Shown piece after piece: positions 41,846-49,671 of a stretch of DNA of 64,000 nt (its first letter is position 1; the number at the start of each line of letters is the position of its first letter). Under the pieces are notes generated by a model. It was not told the origin of the DNA. It did not search any database and was given only the letters and a program-made list of their open reading frames with translations. This DNA comes from an uncultured Chloroflexia bacterium (GTDB taxonomy: Bacteria; Chloroflexota; Anaerolineae; JAAYZQ01), in contig CAVOXA010000001.1 of the NCBI GenBank assembly GCA_963700285.1, forward strand, positions 1,056,001-1,120,000, read 5' to 3'. The position numbers and the translations under genes were made by a program.

Positions 41846-41874
41846 ATTATAGCTCTGGGGACACAGGCTGTCAA
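41846..41874 (-). promoter_or_regulatory. Sigma70 promoter for the Lon-like gene
   Basis: TTGACA-17 nt-TATAAT on the minus strand. Confidence 0.75.
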
Positions 41875-42314
41875 GGCATGGACCCTGTGCATTGACTATC
41901 GCCCGGACCGCTGGCCCTGGCCCAGCCAGTGCTATCAGAGGTGCCGCCAGAGGCGGTTCCTAGGTCGCGCATGGTCCAACTATCGCTATCGTTCCATGCT
42001 TCTGGCCGGTAGTATGCGCGGACGAATGCCCGATGGGATGCTCGATCTCAGCAGGTACCTCTGTGCTTGCCCTTGGGCCCCGCGGCCAGGGGAGGGCATG
42101 GCCCCGGTGTCGAATCGTTTCGCTCAGCTTCGTGCTGTGTTCGCTAGCAGTAGCCTTGTCGCAGTGGCCTTCCGAGACGCCAGTGACTTTTACTTTCAGG
42201 TCCCTGGCCCTCCGGCGTACCGCGTCGGGGAGGGCCAGGCTGCGCTCTGGAGGCTGGATAGTTGCGCCGTGGCAGCCGAAAGAATGTGTAGCTATGTTTT
42301 CCAGCCGATGGGAA

Positions 42315-42343
42315 TTGACAGCATTTTTGCCTCAAGGTATAAT
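42315..42343 (+). promoter_or_regulatory. Sigma70 promoter for the S1 gene
   Basis: TTGACA-17 nt-TATAAT. Confidence 0.78.
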
Positions 42344-42379
42344 GAGCCGCTAGTTTTGAACCAAAGGGAGCGTAGAAGC

Positions 42380-43333
42380 GTGAGCGTTGACACAGCGATC
42401 TCACTTGCCGAGATCACAGCAGGACAAGAGTTGGAAGGCGCGGTCAAGCGGGTAACCCTTTCCGGTGCCATAGTGGACGTAGGTGCGCAGGTGGATGGTC
42501 TGTTGCACATCTCTGATTTGGGAGACAAGTCGGTCACCCGAACCTCCGACAAGCTGGCCGTGGGCCAGACGGTGGCGGTATGGGTCAAGCGGGTGGATCT
42601 GACCGGCGGACGCCTCAGTCTCACCATGGTGCAACCGCCCAAGTTCACCTGGAGTGATCTGAAGCCTGGCCTCAAGACCCAGGGTAAGGTCGTCCGTCTT
42701 GAAAAATTTGGCGCCTTTGTGGACATTGGCGCCGAGACGGATGGGCTGGTACACATCTCCGAGATGGGGACCGGCCGGGTCAGCAAGCCGTCCGATGTCG
42801 TGTCTGAGGGTGACATGATCACGGTTTGGATCAAGGATGCCGATCGCAAATCACGGCGCATCAGCCTGTCCATGCTAGAGCCGCCGGCAGTTGACATCCG
42901 GAGCCTACAGCCAGAGGCGGTGCTCACCGGAAAAGTCGTGCGTCTCGAGAGCTTTGGCGCCTTTGTAGACATTGGCGCCGGGCGCGATGGCATGATCCAT
43001 GTGTCCGAGATGGGACGTGGCTATGTTGGCAACCCCTCCGAGATCATGTCGGTGGGTGACGAGATCCAGGTCCGGGTGATGGAGGTGGATGCTCGACGGG
43101 GCCGCATTTCTCTGAGTATGAAGGATTTGCCGACCGAGGCATACGTCATGGAAGAGGAGCAGGAAGAACTGCCCAGTTCTATGGAGTTGGCTTTGCGCGA
43201 TGCTATGGAGAGGGATGGAATGCCGCTTCCTTCCAAGAAGCAGCAGCAACGGCATCAAAAGAAATCGAAACGACGGCGTACTTGGGATGAGGATGATCTC
43301 TATGCCCGGACGCTGAGCATGCACCAGGACTAG
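42380..43333 (+). CDS. Protein with three S1 RNA-binding domains (RpsA-like)
   Basis: Three repeats of G(K/A)V..(F/S)GA(F/I)VD(I/V)G..DG(L/M)xHxS; the promoter places the start at GTG 42380. Confidence 0.88.
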   Translation: MSVDTAISLAEITAGQELEGAVKRVTLSGAIVDVGAQVDGLLHISDLGDKSVTRTSDKLAVGQTVAVWVKRVDLTGGRLSLTMVQPPKFTWSDLKPGLKTQGKVVRLEKFGAFVDIGAETDGLVHISEMGTGRVSKPSDVVSEGDMITVWIKDADRKSRRISLSMLEPPAVDIRSLQPEAVLTGKVVRLESFGAFVDIGAGRDGMIHVSEMGRGYVGNPSEIMSVGDEIQVRVMEVDARRGRISLSMKDLPTEAYVMEEEQEELPSSMELALRDAMERDGMPLPSKKQQQRHQKKSKRRRTWDEDDLYARTLSMHQD

Positions 43334-43371
43334 ATACTGCGCCGGCCTTCTCGTACTTCTGGATGACTCTC

Positions 43372-43403
43372 AGCCCTTTCCTTTTGCATGGAAGGGGCTT
43401 TTT
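43372..43403 (+). terminator. Intrinsic terminator
   Basis: AGCCCTTTCC/GGAAGGGGCT stem followed by a T tract. Confidence 0.6.
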
Positions 43404-43433
43404 GTATGCACGAGAGATTCTTTGCAGCAAAGG

Positions 43434-44069
43434 CTAGAACTCGGCAGCGCTCCCCTTGTTGGCAGTGGCCACGATGAGACGCAAGAACCCACCGAGCTTG
43501 CTATCTACCCGCTCAACCAGGAATCCAGCCTGGACCAGGTTCTCTTCTGTCTCCCGGTTCAGGTGGCACCGTCCGTTGAATGCGTACCAGGGGATGTTCG
43601 CCAGATCCGATATCTGGGCCAGACCGGCGCGGTGGGGTCGCATGTGCTCCAGGAGGAGTAATTGCCCTCCGGGCGTCGTGAGCACGCGCATCAGCTCGTT
43701 CAAGGTACGCCGCTGATCGACGACGCTGCACAGCACCAGACTGGCCACGACGTAATCAAAGCAGCCTGCCGGAAAGGTCAGGTTTTCCACATCAGATTGG
43801 CTAAAGCGCACAGGGAGTTTGAGTGCCTGCGCTCGCTGCGCAGCAAAGCCCAACATATCGGCGCTTTCGTCGATAGCGGTCAGGCAAACTGAGGGGTGGT
43901 AGAAAGGTAGATTGGCCCCGGTACCCACACCGATCTCCAGTACCTTGCCCCGGGCCCGTGGGAGAAGCTGGCTCCGCAGCTCCCGCAGCCACAGTTTTTC
44001 CAGGGGTGCCATGCCCCGGTCATAGGGCGCGGCGATACGATCGAACGTATTACTCTCAGTCTGTGCCAT
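43434..44069 (-). CDS. Class I SAM-dependent methyltransferase
   Basis: VLEIGVGTG, LVLCSV, LLLEH, CHLNR. Confidence 0.9.
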   Translation of the reverse strand: MAQTESNTFDRIAAPYDRGMAPLEKLWLRELRSQLLPRARGKVLEIGVGTGANLPFYHPSVCLTAIDESADMLGFAAQRAQALKLPVRFSQSDVENLTFPAGCFDYVVASLVLCSVVDQRRTLNELMRVLTTPGGQLLLLEHMRPHRAGLAQISDLANIPWYAFNGRCHLNRETEENLVQAGFLVERVDSKLGGFLRLIVATANKGSAAEF

Positions 44070-44217
44070 TCGAGCCCTGCGCCGTCAGCATCGCCAGCTC
44101 TTCCTCAAGATCCTCAAGTTCAATGATCATGGCTGCTGGCACTGAATGTTTGGGGAGTCGGGCCTCCAGTTCGGCGATCTGTTTCTTCAGTTGGGCGATC
44201 CGTTCATCCTTGCTCAT
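44056..44217 (-). CDS. 53-aa coiled-coil hypothetical protein (PxHS motif)
   Basis: RBS AGGAG; MSKDERIAQLKKQIAELEARLPKHSVP. Confidence 0.65.
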   Translation of the reverse strand: MSKDERIAQLKKQIAELEARLPKHSVPAAMIIELEDLEEELAMLTAQGSNGTD

Positions 44218-44301
44218 GGCCACTTCTCCTACCGTTGGCGTGTGGCTATCGGGTGCCAAGACCCCAGGCGGGAACCAACACTTGACTTTACGTGTTGTGA
44301 A

Positions 44302-44330
44302 CTTGACAGGCCCGCAACCCTCTGCTATAC
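44302..44330 (+). promoter_or_regulatory. Sigma70 promoter of the trxA operon
   Basis: TTGACA-17 nt-TATACT. Confidence 0.75.
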
Positions 44331-44338
44331 TGTAGCCG

Positions 44339-44355
44339 ATACCCCTATGGGGTAT
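44339..44355. promoter_or_regulatory. CsoR/CstR/RcnR-type operator
   Basis: Palindrome ATACCCC-TAT-GGGGTAT just downstream of the -10; a CsoR-family gene lies in the operon. Confidence 0.82.
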
Positions 44356-44438
44356 GTCGGTTTGATGCATATCTTATCACGATACAGGCTTTTTGTCAAC
44401 GTTGCGGATGGTTGATGGGCCGAGAACTGGAGGGGCTG

Positions 44439-44909
44439 GTGTCTGGTCTGCTACAAAGGTTGTTTGGCAAGAAAGAGGATGGGAAATCAGAGGCTGTTGC
44501 GACCGCTAGCAGTGAGTCGGTTGGTAATGGGAACAGCGACTCTGATGCCACGGGTGATCTGGATGCCGGCGCGACCGTGTCTGATGCCGAGCCGATCCAT
44601 GTTACGGATGAGAATTTTGACGAGATGGTAGGGAATTCGCGCTTGCCCGTGTTGGTTGATTTCTGGGCGCCCTGGTGTGGTCCGTGTCGCATGGTAGCCC
44701 CGGTGGTAGAAGACCTGGCCAGGGCTTACGATGGACGGGCGTTGATGGCCAAAGTGAACACCGATGAGAATGTGCAGGTGGCCAGCAACCTGGACATCAT
44801 GGGCATCCCAACGTTGATCCTGTTCAAGGATGGACAGGAGATTGATCGGGTGGTCGGTTACGTTCCCCAGCGCGTGCTTGAAGAAAAGCTGAACGCGGCG
44901 TTAAACTAG
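44439..44909 (+). CDS. trxA: Thioredoxin with an N-terminal extension
   Basis: VDFWAPWCGPCR, MGIPTL. Confidence 0.93.
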   Translation: MSGLLQRLFGKKEDGKSEAVATASSESVGNGNSDSDATGDLDAGATVSDAEPIHVTDENFDEMVGNSRLPVLVDFWAPWCGPCRMVAPVVEDLARAYDGRALMAKVNTDENVQVASNLDIMGIPTLILFKDGQEIDRVVGYVPQRVLEEKLNAALN

Positions 44910-44918
44910 GAGGTCTGG

Positions 44919-45350
44919 GTGCACGCTTTTCGGGACAAGACGGGTCGTTTTTTCAGGGAGAATTGGCTCTTTCTGCTCGTCGTTGGTGGAGTCATTGCGG
45001 CATTCCTGGCGCTCCGTACTCCTGCCAGCGCTGTGGGCTCTGTCGCTGAAGTTGATGCTCTGTTGCAGAATGGGCAGCCAACCTTCGTCGAGTTTTATTC
45101 CAACACTTGAGGCTCCTGCCTTTTGGCAAAGCCTGTCGTGGACAGGCTGGAGCGAGATCTGGAGGGAGAAGCACGGGTGCTGCGCCTAAGTGCCTGGGAT
45201 TCAGTGGGCCGCCAGCTCGCCTCGCGCTATGGCGTGCGCGGCGTCCCCACGTTCTTGCTGTTTGATGGTTCGGGACACATGGTCCACTACCAGGTGGGGC
45301 GCCTGGACGCGGACCAAGTCAAGGCTCAGATCAACTTATTGGGGAGGTGA
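44919..45350 (+). CDS. Probable selenoprotein: membrane-anchored thioredoxin (UGSC)
   Basis: ORFs 44919-45110 and 45123-45350 are in one frame joined by a TGA: VEFYSNT-U-GSCLLAKPVV..YGVRGVPTF; N-terminal TM helix. Confidence 0.88.
45130..45148 (+). promoter_or_regulatory. Candidate SECIS (AGCCTGTC-GTG-GACAGGCT)
   Basis: Perfect 8-bp stem with a GTG loop, 19 nt after the TGA. Confidence 0.7.
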
Positions 45351-45354
45351 ACCT

Positions 45355-45579
45355 GTGCCCATCTACGAGTATACCTGCGGAGATTGTCACGAGCAGTTTG
45401 AAAAGTTTGTGCGTTCCATGACGTCGACCGTTGAGGTCAAATGCCCCGTATGCGGGGGAACGCACGTCAAGAAGGGGTGGTCCACATTTGGCACGGGAAA
45501 TGCCGGCTCGGGCTTTAATCTAGCGACATCCGCAGCCAGCAACTGCAGCCCAGGTGGCACCTGAGGCATTCCTCGCTGA
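45355..45579 (+). CDS. FmdB-family zinc-ribbon protein, probably with Sec near the C-terminus (CSPGGT-U-GIPR)
   Basis: PIYEYTCGDC..CPVCG; TGA at 45562 followed by a hairpin. The ORF ends at 45564 if the TGA is a plain stop. Confidence 0.8.
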
Positions 45580-45595
45580 GAGCCGTGGGCTCTCA
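45577..45595 (+). promoter_or_regulatory. Candidate SECIS (TGAGAGCC-GTG-GGCTCTCA)
   Basis: Perfect 8-bp stem with a GTG loop, 12 nt after the TGA; no U-tract. Confidence 0.62.
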
Positions 45596-45653
45596 TATTC
45601 CACAAGTTTCTGCTTTGTTCGATGAAGTTGGGGTTGAGAAGGTGAAGTGGGCT

Positions 45654-45947
45654 ATGGTGCTATCGTCTGAGACTCGGGAAGACATGTTGGCCAGGATGCG
45701 ACGCATCGAAGGGCAGGCCCGCGGCGTGGAGAGGATGATCGCCGAGGACAGAGATTGCCTGGACATACTGACACAGCTGGCCTCGCTGCGTTCGGCGGCC
45801 TACAGCGTCAGCGTCGCATTGACGCAGCACTTTGCCCTCCAATTTGTCCGCGATAGCCGCCAACAAGGCCTGCCTCCCGACCAACAACAGCTTCCTGACG
45901 ATGCCATGCGAAACCTGGTGGACGTGCTGCTGCGGACACCACACTGA
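45654..45947 (+). CDS. CsoR/RcnR-family transcriptional repressor
   Basis: RMRRIEGQARGVERMI..DCLDILTQLAS. Confidence 0.9.
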   Translation: MVLSSETREDMLARMRRIEGQARGVERMIAEDRDCLDILTQLASLRSAAYSVSVALTQHFALQFVRDSRQQGLPPDQQQLPDDAMRNLVDVLLRTPH

Positions 45948-45959
45948 CCACTGAAAGGG

Positions 45960-46136
45960 ATGGGTATTGTGGAGATTTTTGGCTTGAGTGCGGATGTGAT
46001 TCTGGTAATAGGGCTTCTGATAGGTTGGGTGGTGCTGATGCGCTTTGTCCTGCCCCGATTTGGGGTTTCGACCTGAATGAGCGAGTCCTGCGACGCGGCG
46101 TCGCCGCGTGAGGAAAAAGACCAAGTCGCAGATTGA
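45960..46136 (+). CDS. Probable 58-aa membrane selenoprotein (LPRFGVST-U-MSESC), absent from the ORF track
   Basis: RBS-like AAAGGG; hydrophobic helix; in-frame TGA at 46074-76, then 19 further codons including a Cys; hairpin at 46093-46109. Confidence 0.65.
46093..46109 (+). promoter_or_regulatory. Candidate SECIS (ACGCGGC-GTC-GCCGCGT)
   Basis: 7-bp stem with a GTC loop, 16 nt after the TGA. Confidence 0.58.
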
Positions 46137-46160
46137 ATGGAACTCTTTGCATTTTGTCTG

Positions 46161-46196
46161 AAAAGGGCGGTATCTGATACTGATACCGCCCTTTTT
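46161..46196 (+). terminator. Terminator closing the trxA-selenoprotein operon
   Basis: AAAAGGGCGGTATC/GATACCGCCCTTTT stem. Confidence 0.85.
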
Positions 46197-46231
46197 GTTC
46201 ACACCAGTTGCGCAAAAGAATTTCACCTTGA

Positions 46232-46260
46232 TTGACAAAGGCCGGCAACCATGGTACAAT
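46232..46260 (+). promoter_or_regulatory. Sigma70 promoter
   Basis: TTGACA-17 nt-TACAAT. Confidence 0.7.
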
Positions 46261-46316
46261 AGAGGCTGGTGAAAGAGGCCATAAGCGGTTTCACGAGTGG
46301 AGGAGGAGGGAGGGTT

Positions 46317-46757
46317 ATGCTGAATGAGAATCGACCGGTCTACACGATAGGCACAGCGGCCGAACTCTTGAGTGTTCATCCACGCACACTGCGCCTGTAC
46401 GAGGATGCGGGGCTGATTCGCCCGGCGCGCAAGAACAATCGCCGTTTCTATTCGGCCACCGACCTGGAATGGATCAATTGTGTGCGCTACATGATCCACG
46501 AACAGGGACTGAATCAGGAGGGGCTCCGGCGCTTGCTGGCGCTAATTCCTTGCTGGGAGATCAATGCCTGCCCACCGGAGAGCAAGGCCAACTGTTCTGC
46601 TTGGTCAGATCGCACGACGCCCTGTTGGGACCTGGCCCGTACAAGCAGGGCCGAGTCGAAAAAGTGCCACGAGTGCCAAGTCTATCTATCTGCCAGAGAC
46701 CACTTGATGGGTGAGGCAGAGATGGAGGCTGCGCTGAACTATGCAGCGGCCAGTTGA
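46317..46757 (+). CDS. MerR/HspR-like regulator with a Cys-rich C-terminal (two-CW-like) domain
   Basis: YTIGTAAELLSVHPRTLRLYE; CW..C..C..CW..CxxC. Confidence 0.85.
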   Translation: MLNENRPVYTIGTAAELLSVHPRTLRLYEDAGLIRPARKNNRRFYSATDLEWINCVRYMIHEQGLNQEGLRRLLALIPCWEINACPPESKANCSAWSDRTTPCWDLARTSRAESKKCHECQVYLSARDHLMGEAEMEAALNYAAAS

Positions 46758-46822
46758 ATGCTGCCACGGCAGACCAGTGCAGAGGACCGGCTAGAATCTT
46801 CTACCCGGTCCTTTTCTATTTC

Positions 46823-47218
46823 TTATCCCTCGAAACTTGCTGCCGTGTCAGGCGGGGCATAGGCTTCGTCTGGCAGCGTGGGAGGTGCATAGGCTGGTGC
46901 TGGCGGCGTGTACTGTTGTTGGACAAAGTAAGCCGTTCGCCGTGTATTCTCCTCGATGCACAAAAAGAGATAGACCGCCTCGCCCATGGCGTAAAAGAGT
47001 AGGAAAATGACAATGGCAACGATTACGGCCACGACAAAGCCAGAGATGCCCGCCAGTGGGCCGCCAAGGTCGATACCTGGAATCCCCAAACGTTGGTTCA
47101 GTGCGAAACCAAATACCAATGCACCGATGGCGGCCAGTACACCTACGATCAGGAACAGCCAGGCCATGATTTTCAGGATGGTACCAACAACGCGCAGAGC
47201 TGTGAATTGCCTTGCCAT
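46823..47218 (-). CDS. Two-TM membrane protein
   Basis: Two hydrophobic helices, IEENTR motif, RBS GGAG. Confidence 0.75.
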   Translation of the reverse strand: MARQFTALRVVGTILKIMAWLFLIVGVLAAIGALVFGFALNQRLGIPGIDLGGPLAGISGFVVAVIVAIVIFLLFYAMGEAVYLFLCIEENTRRTAYFVQQQYTPPAPAYAPPTLPDEAYAPPDTAASFEG

Positions 47219-47466
47219 GAAGCGTGTCTCCTTTCAACAATTCTCTGTGCCGAGTTGTATCATTATAGCACAGAAGTGTTGGAAAGACAAATGGCCTGAT
47301 AGGTGATTTGCAGAATCGCTAGCCTGGCGTCTCAAAACACCAGTGAGAACCATTAATCACCAGAAACGAATTGAAATGTTTTGTGCGGGCGCTGATTCAG
47401 CACGCACTACAACTGAGAGCAGCTCTGGGTACCTGAGCATCCTCCCGTCTCCAGCCCTGGTCTTGC

Positions 47467-47820
47467 TTATGTACCCTCCGCCTCGGGTTCAGCCGGCACT
47501 GTCGGGCGGTAGCGATGCCGATCTCGGCGCCAAACCTTGGCCAGGACTCCCTCCAGGCTCTCCCCCAGATCGACGTTTTCAGAATTGGCCAGGCAGAGGA
47601 CGGCAAATAGAATGTCGGCCAGTTCCTCGCCCAGCTCCTGGGCCGCTTCCATCGGTTTCTTGGGCTTGGGACCATAGATATGGTTGATCAAACGCGCCAA
47701 TTCCCCCACTTCCTCGCTGATACGCGCCAGGTTGGCATGGGGTGACCAGTAGCCGCCGCCTACAGCCTGCACCCACTGGTCCACGTCTTCCTGTAGCTCC
47801 TTGATCGTCCTGCCAGGCAT
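47467..47820 (-). CDS. MazG-like nucleotide pyrophosphohydrolase (YpjD type)
   Basis: EEVGELAR, EELADILF. Confidence 0.88.
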   Translation of the reverse strand: MPGRTIKELQEDVDQWVQAVGGGYWSPHANLARISEEVGELARLINHIYGPKPKKPMEAAQELGEELADILFAVLCLANSENVDLGESLEGVLAKVWRRDRHRYRPTVPAEPEAEGT

Positions 47821-48089
47821 ATCGTTATCCCTCTCGAAGGTTCTAATCTGGGCCTTCCTTGGGCGTGTGTTTCCACGCCCGCTTATTGTAACACAATCTG
47901 GGATAGGGCCCAAGTCGCCCGTCCCACACCAATGACCCACATGGTTGGGTGGAACCTCGCAGGAAAAGGCGTCACCGTTTCGTTGACCTTCTTCGAAAGT
48001 AGCCAATTTGGCTACTTTTGTGCTACAATGTGGCTGTGCCTTGTGGTTGACAGTCAGCCGCCAGTTGCGGCGGGGGAGTGGACAGGTAC

Positions 48090-48800
48090 ATGGACGGAAG
48101 CAAGATTCTCGTGATTGAAGACGATCCCGATCTAGCGAGTTTGTTGGCCCAGGCTCTTTCCAGGATGGGGGCCCAAGTCTATACGGCTCCTGACGGACTG
48201 GACGGCCTGCGCGCATTCTATGCTCAACAGCCTGATCTGGTGATCCTCGATGTGATCATGCCCGTCATGGATGGCTGGCAGACCCTGTCCCGCATCCGCG
48301 AGCTTTCTGATGTGCCCATTATCATGCTGACAGTTCAGGCTTCGGAAGCGGAGATTGTCCGGGGGTTGGACCGCGGCGCAATGGACTATGTCACCAAACC
48401 ATTCAGCATGCGGGTTCTGATCGCGCGCATCCAGGCTGCTCTGCGGGTGGCTGAACTGCGCCCCGGGGCCACCAAATCTGCCCGTTATGATGATGGCTAT
48501 CTGCGCATCGATTTGGTGGATCGCAGGGTCATAGCGGGCGGGGAGCTGGCGCCCCTGACCGAGACCGAGTACCGGCTGCTGGCTTACCTGGTCGAGAATG
48601 CGGGCCAGGTGCTGAGCCAGCAGCAGATCGTCAAGCAGGTCTGGGGGCCAGAGTATTCTGAGGACGTCCACTATGTCCGGACCTACATCAGACGCCTGCG
48701 GCAAAAGGTAGAGCCAGAACCCACAAACCCCTCCTATGTGATGACTGCTCGGGGCGCAGGCTATTACTTTGAAGGGCAAAGCCCCAACCGGGCGCCCTGA
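48090..48800 (+). CDS. OmpR-family response regulator
   Basis: ILVIEDD, DLVILDVIMP, DYVTKPF, wHTH. Confidence 0.93.
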   Translation: MDGSKILVIEDDPDLASLLAQALSRMGAQVYTAPDGLDGLRAFYAQQPDLVILDVIMPVMDGWQTLSRIRELSDVPIIMLTVQASEAEIVRGLDRGAMDYVTKPFSMRVLIARIQAALRVAELRPGATKSARYDDGYLRIDLVDRRVIAGGELAPLTETEYRLLAYLVENAGQVLSQQQIVKQVWGPEYSEDVHYVRTYIRRLRQKVEPEPTNPSYVMTARGAGYYFEGQSPNRAP

Positions 48801-48966
48801 ATAGAGGGCCGCTCCACACTTTGTAACCAGAAATATACCCCCTGCTAACCCAAAATAAACCTTCCTGTGGTACCATTTGCCCATAGAACGCTGGATTCCC
48901 TCCCCTTTTCGGACTGCATGGGTGAGGTGGACTGCCTGGCCAGTCAGACTGAGGGGCAGAGGTGCG

Positions 48967-49671
48967 ATGCGCGGACACAAGGTTCTCCTTGTCGACGATG
49001 ATCCTGACCTGCTTCGGCTGCTGGAGCAGTCGTTCTCCAAGGCCGGCGCAGAGGTCCATACGGCCCCTGATGGCCAGGAGGGACTGCGCCGGTTCCACGC
49101 CTGCCGGCCTGATCTGGTTGTCCTGGACATCATGATGCCCGAACTGAACGGCTGGCAGGCCTGCTCCCGCATCCGCGATACCTCCGACGTGCCGATCATC
49201 ATGCTCTCTGTCCAGGGGGCGGAAGACGACGTAGTCCGGGGCCTGCAGTGTGGCGCTGTCGACTATGTGGCCAAGCCTTTCAGCGTCCCTGTTCTGCTGG
49301 CCAGGGCCCGCGCGGCGCTCCGGGAGGCTGCACCGGCCTCTGGAACGGGGACCAATGGTTTCTATGATGATGGTCGCCTGAGCATCGATGTGGGCCGGCG
49401 GCGGGTCATGGTCCATGGAGCACTGGTGGACCTGACAGCCACCGAATACCGGCTGTTGGTCGAGCTATTCGGGAACGCGGGCCGGGTACTGACCTACGAC
49501 CAGATCCTGGAGGCGGTCTGGGGGCGCGAATACCGGGACAGCCCCCACTATGTCCACATCTATGTCTATCGCCTGCGGCAGAGACTGGAGGAGGACCCCG
49601 GGCAGCCCAAATACCTGCAGACCGAGCACGGCATGGGCTACCGCTTCGAGAAGCAGGCCAGGCGCCCCTAG
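48967..49671 (+). CDS. OmpR-family response regulator (tandem paralog)
   Basis: VLLVDDD, DLVVLDIMMP, DYVAKPF, wHTH. Confidence 0.93.
   Translation: MRGHKVLLVDDDPDLLRLLEQSFSKAGAEVHTAPDGQEGLRRFHACRPDLVVLDIMMPELNGWQACSRIRDTSDVPIIMLSVQGAEDDVVRGLQCGAVDYVAKPFSVPVLLARARAALREAAPASGTGTNGFYDDGRLSIDVGRRRVMVHGALVDLTATEYRLLVELFGNAGRVLTYDQILEAVWGREYRDSPHYVHIYVYRLRQRLEEDPGQPKYLQTEHGMGYRFEKQARRP

Noticed and set aside
41831-42379. 183-aa N-terminal extension on the S1 protein (500-aa ORF)
   Set aside because: A consensus promoter at 42315-43 and an RBS place the start at 42380; the upstream translation does not look protein-like
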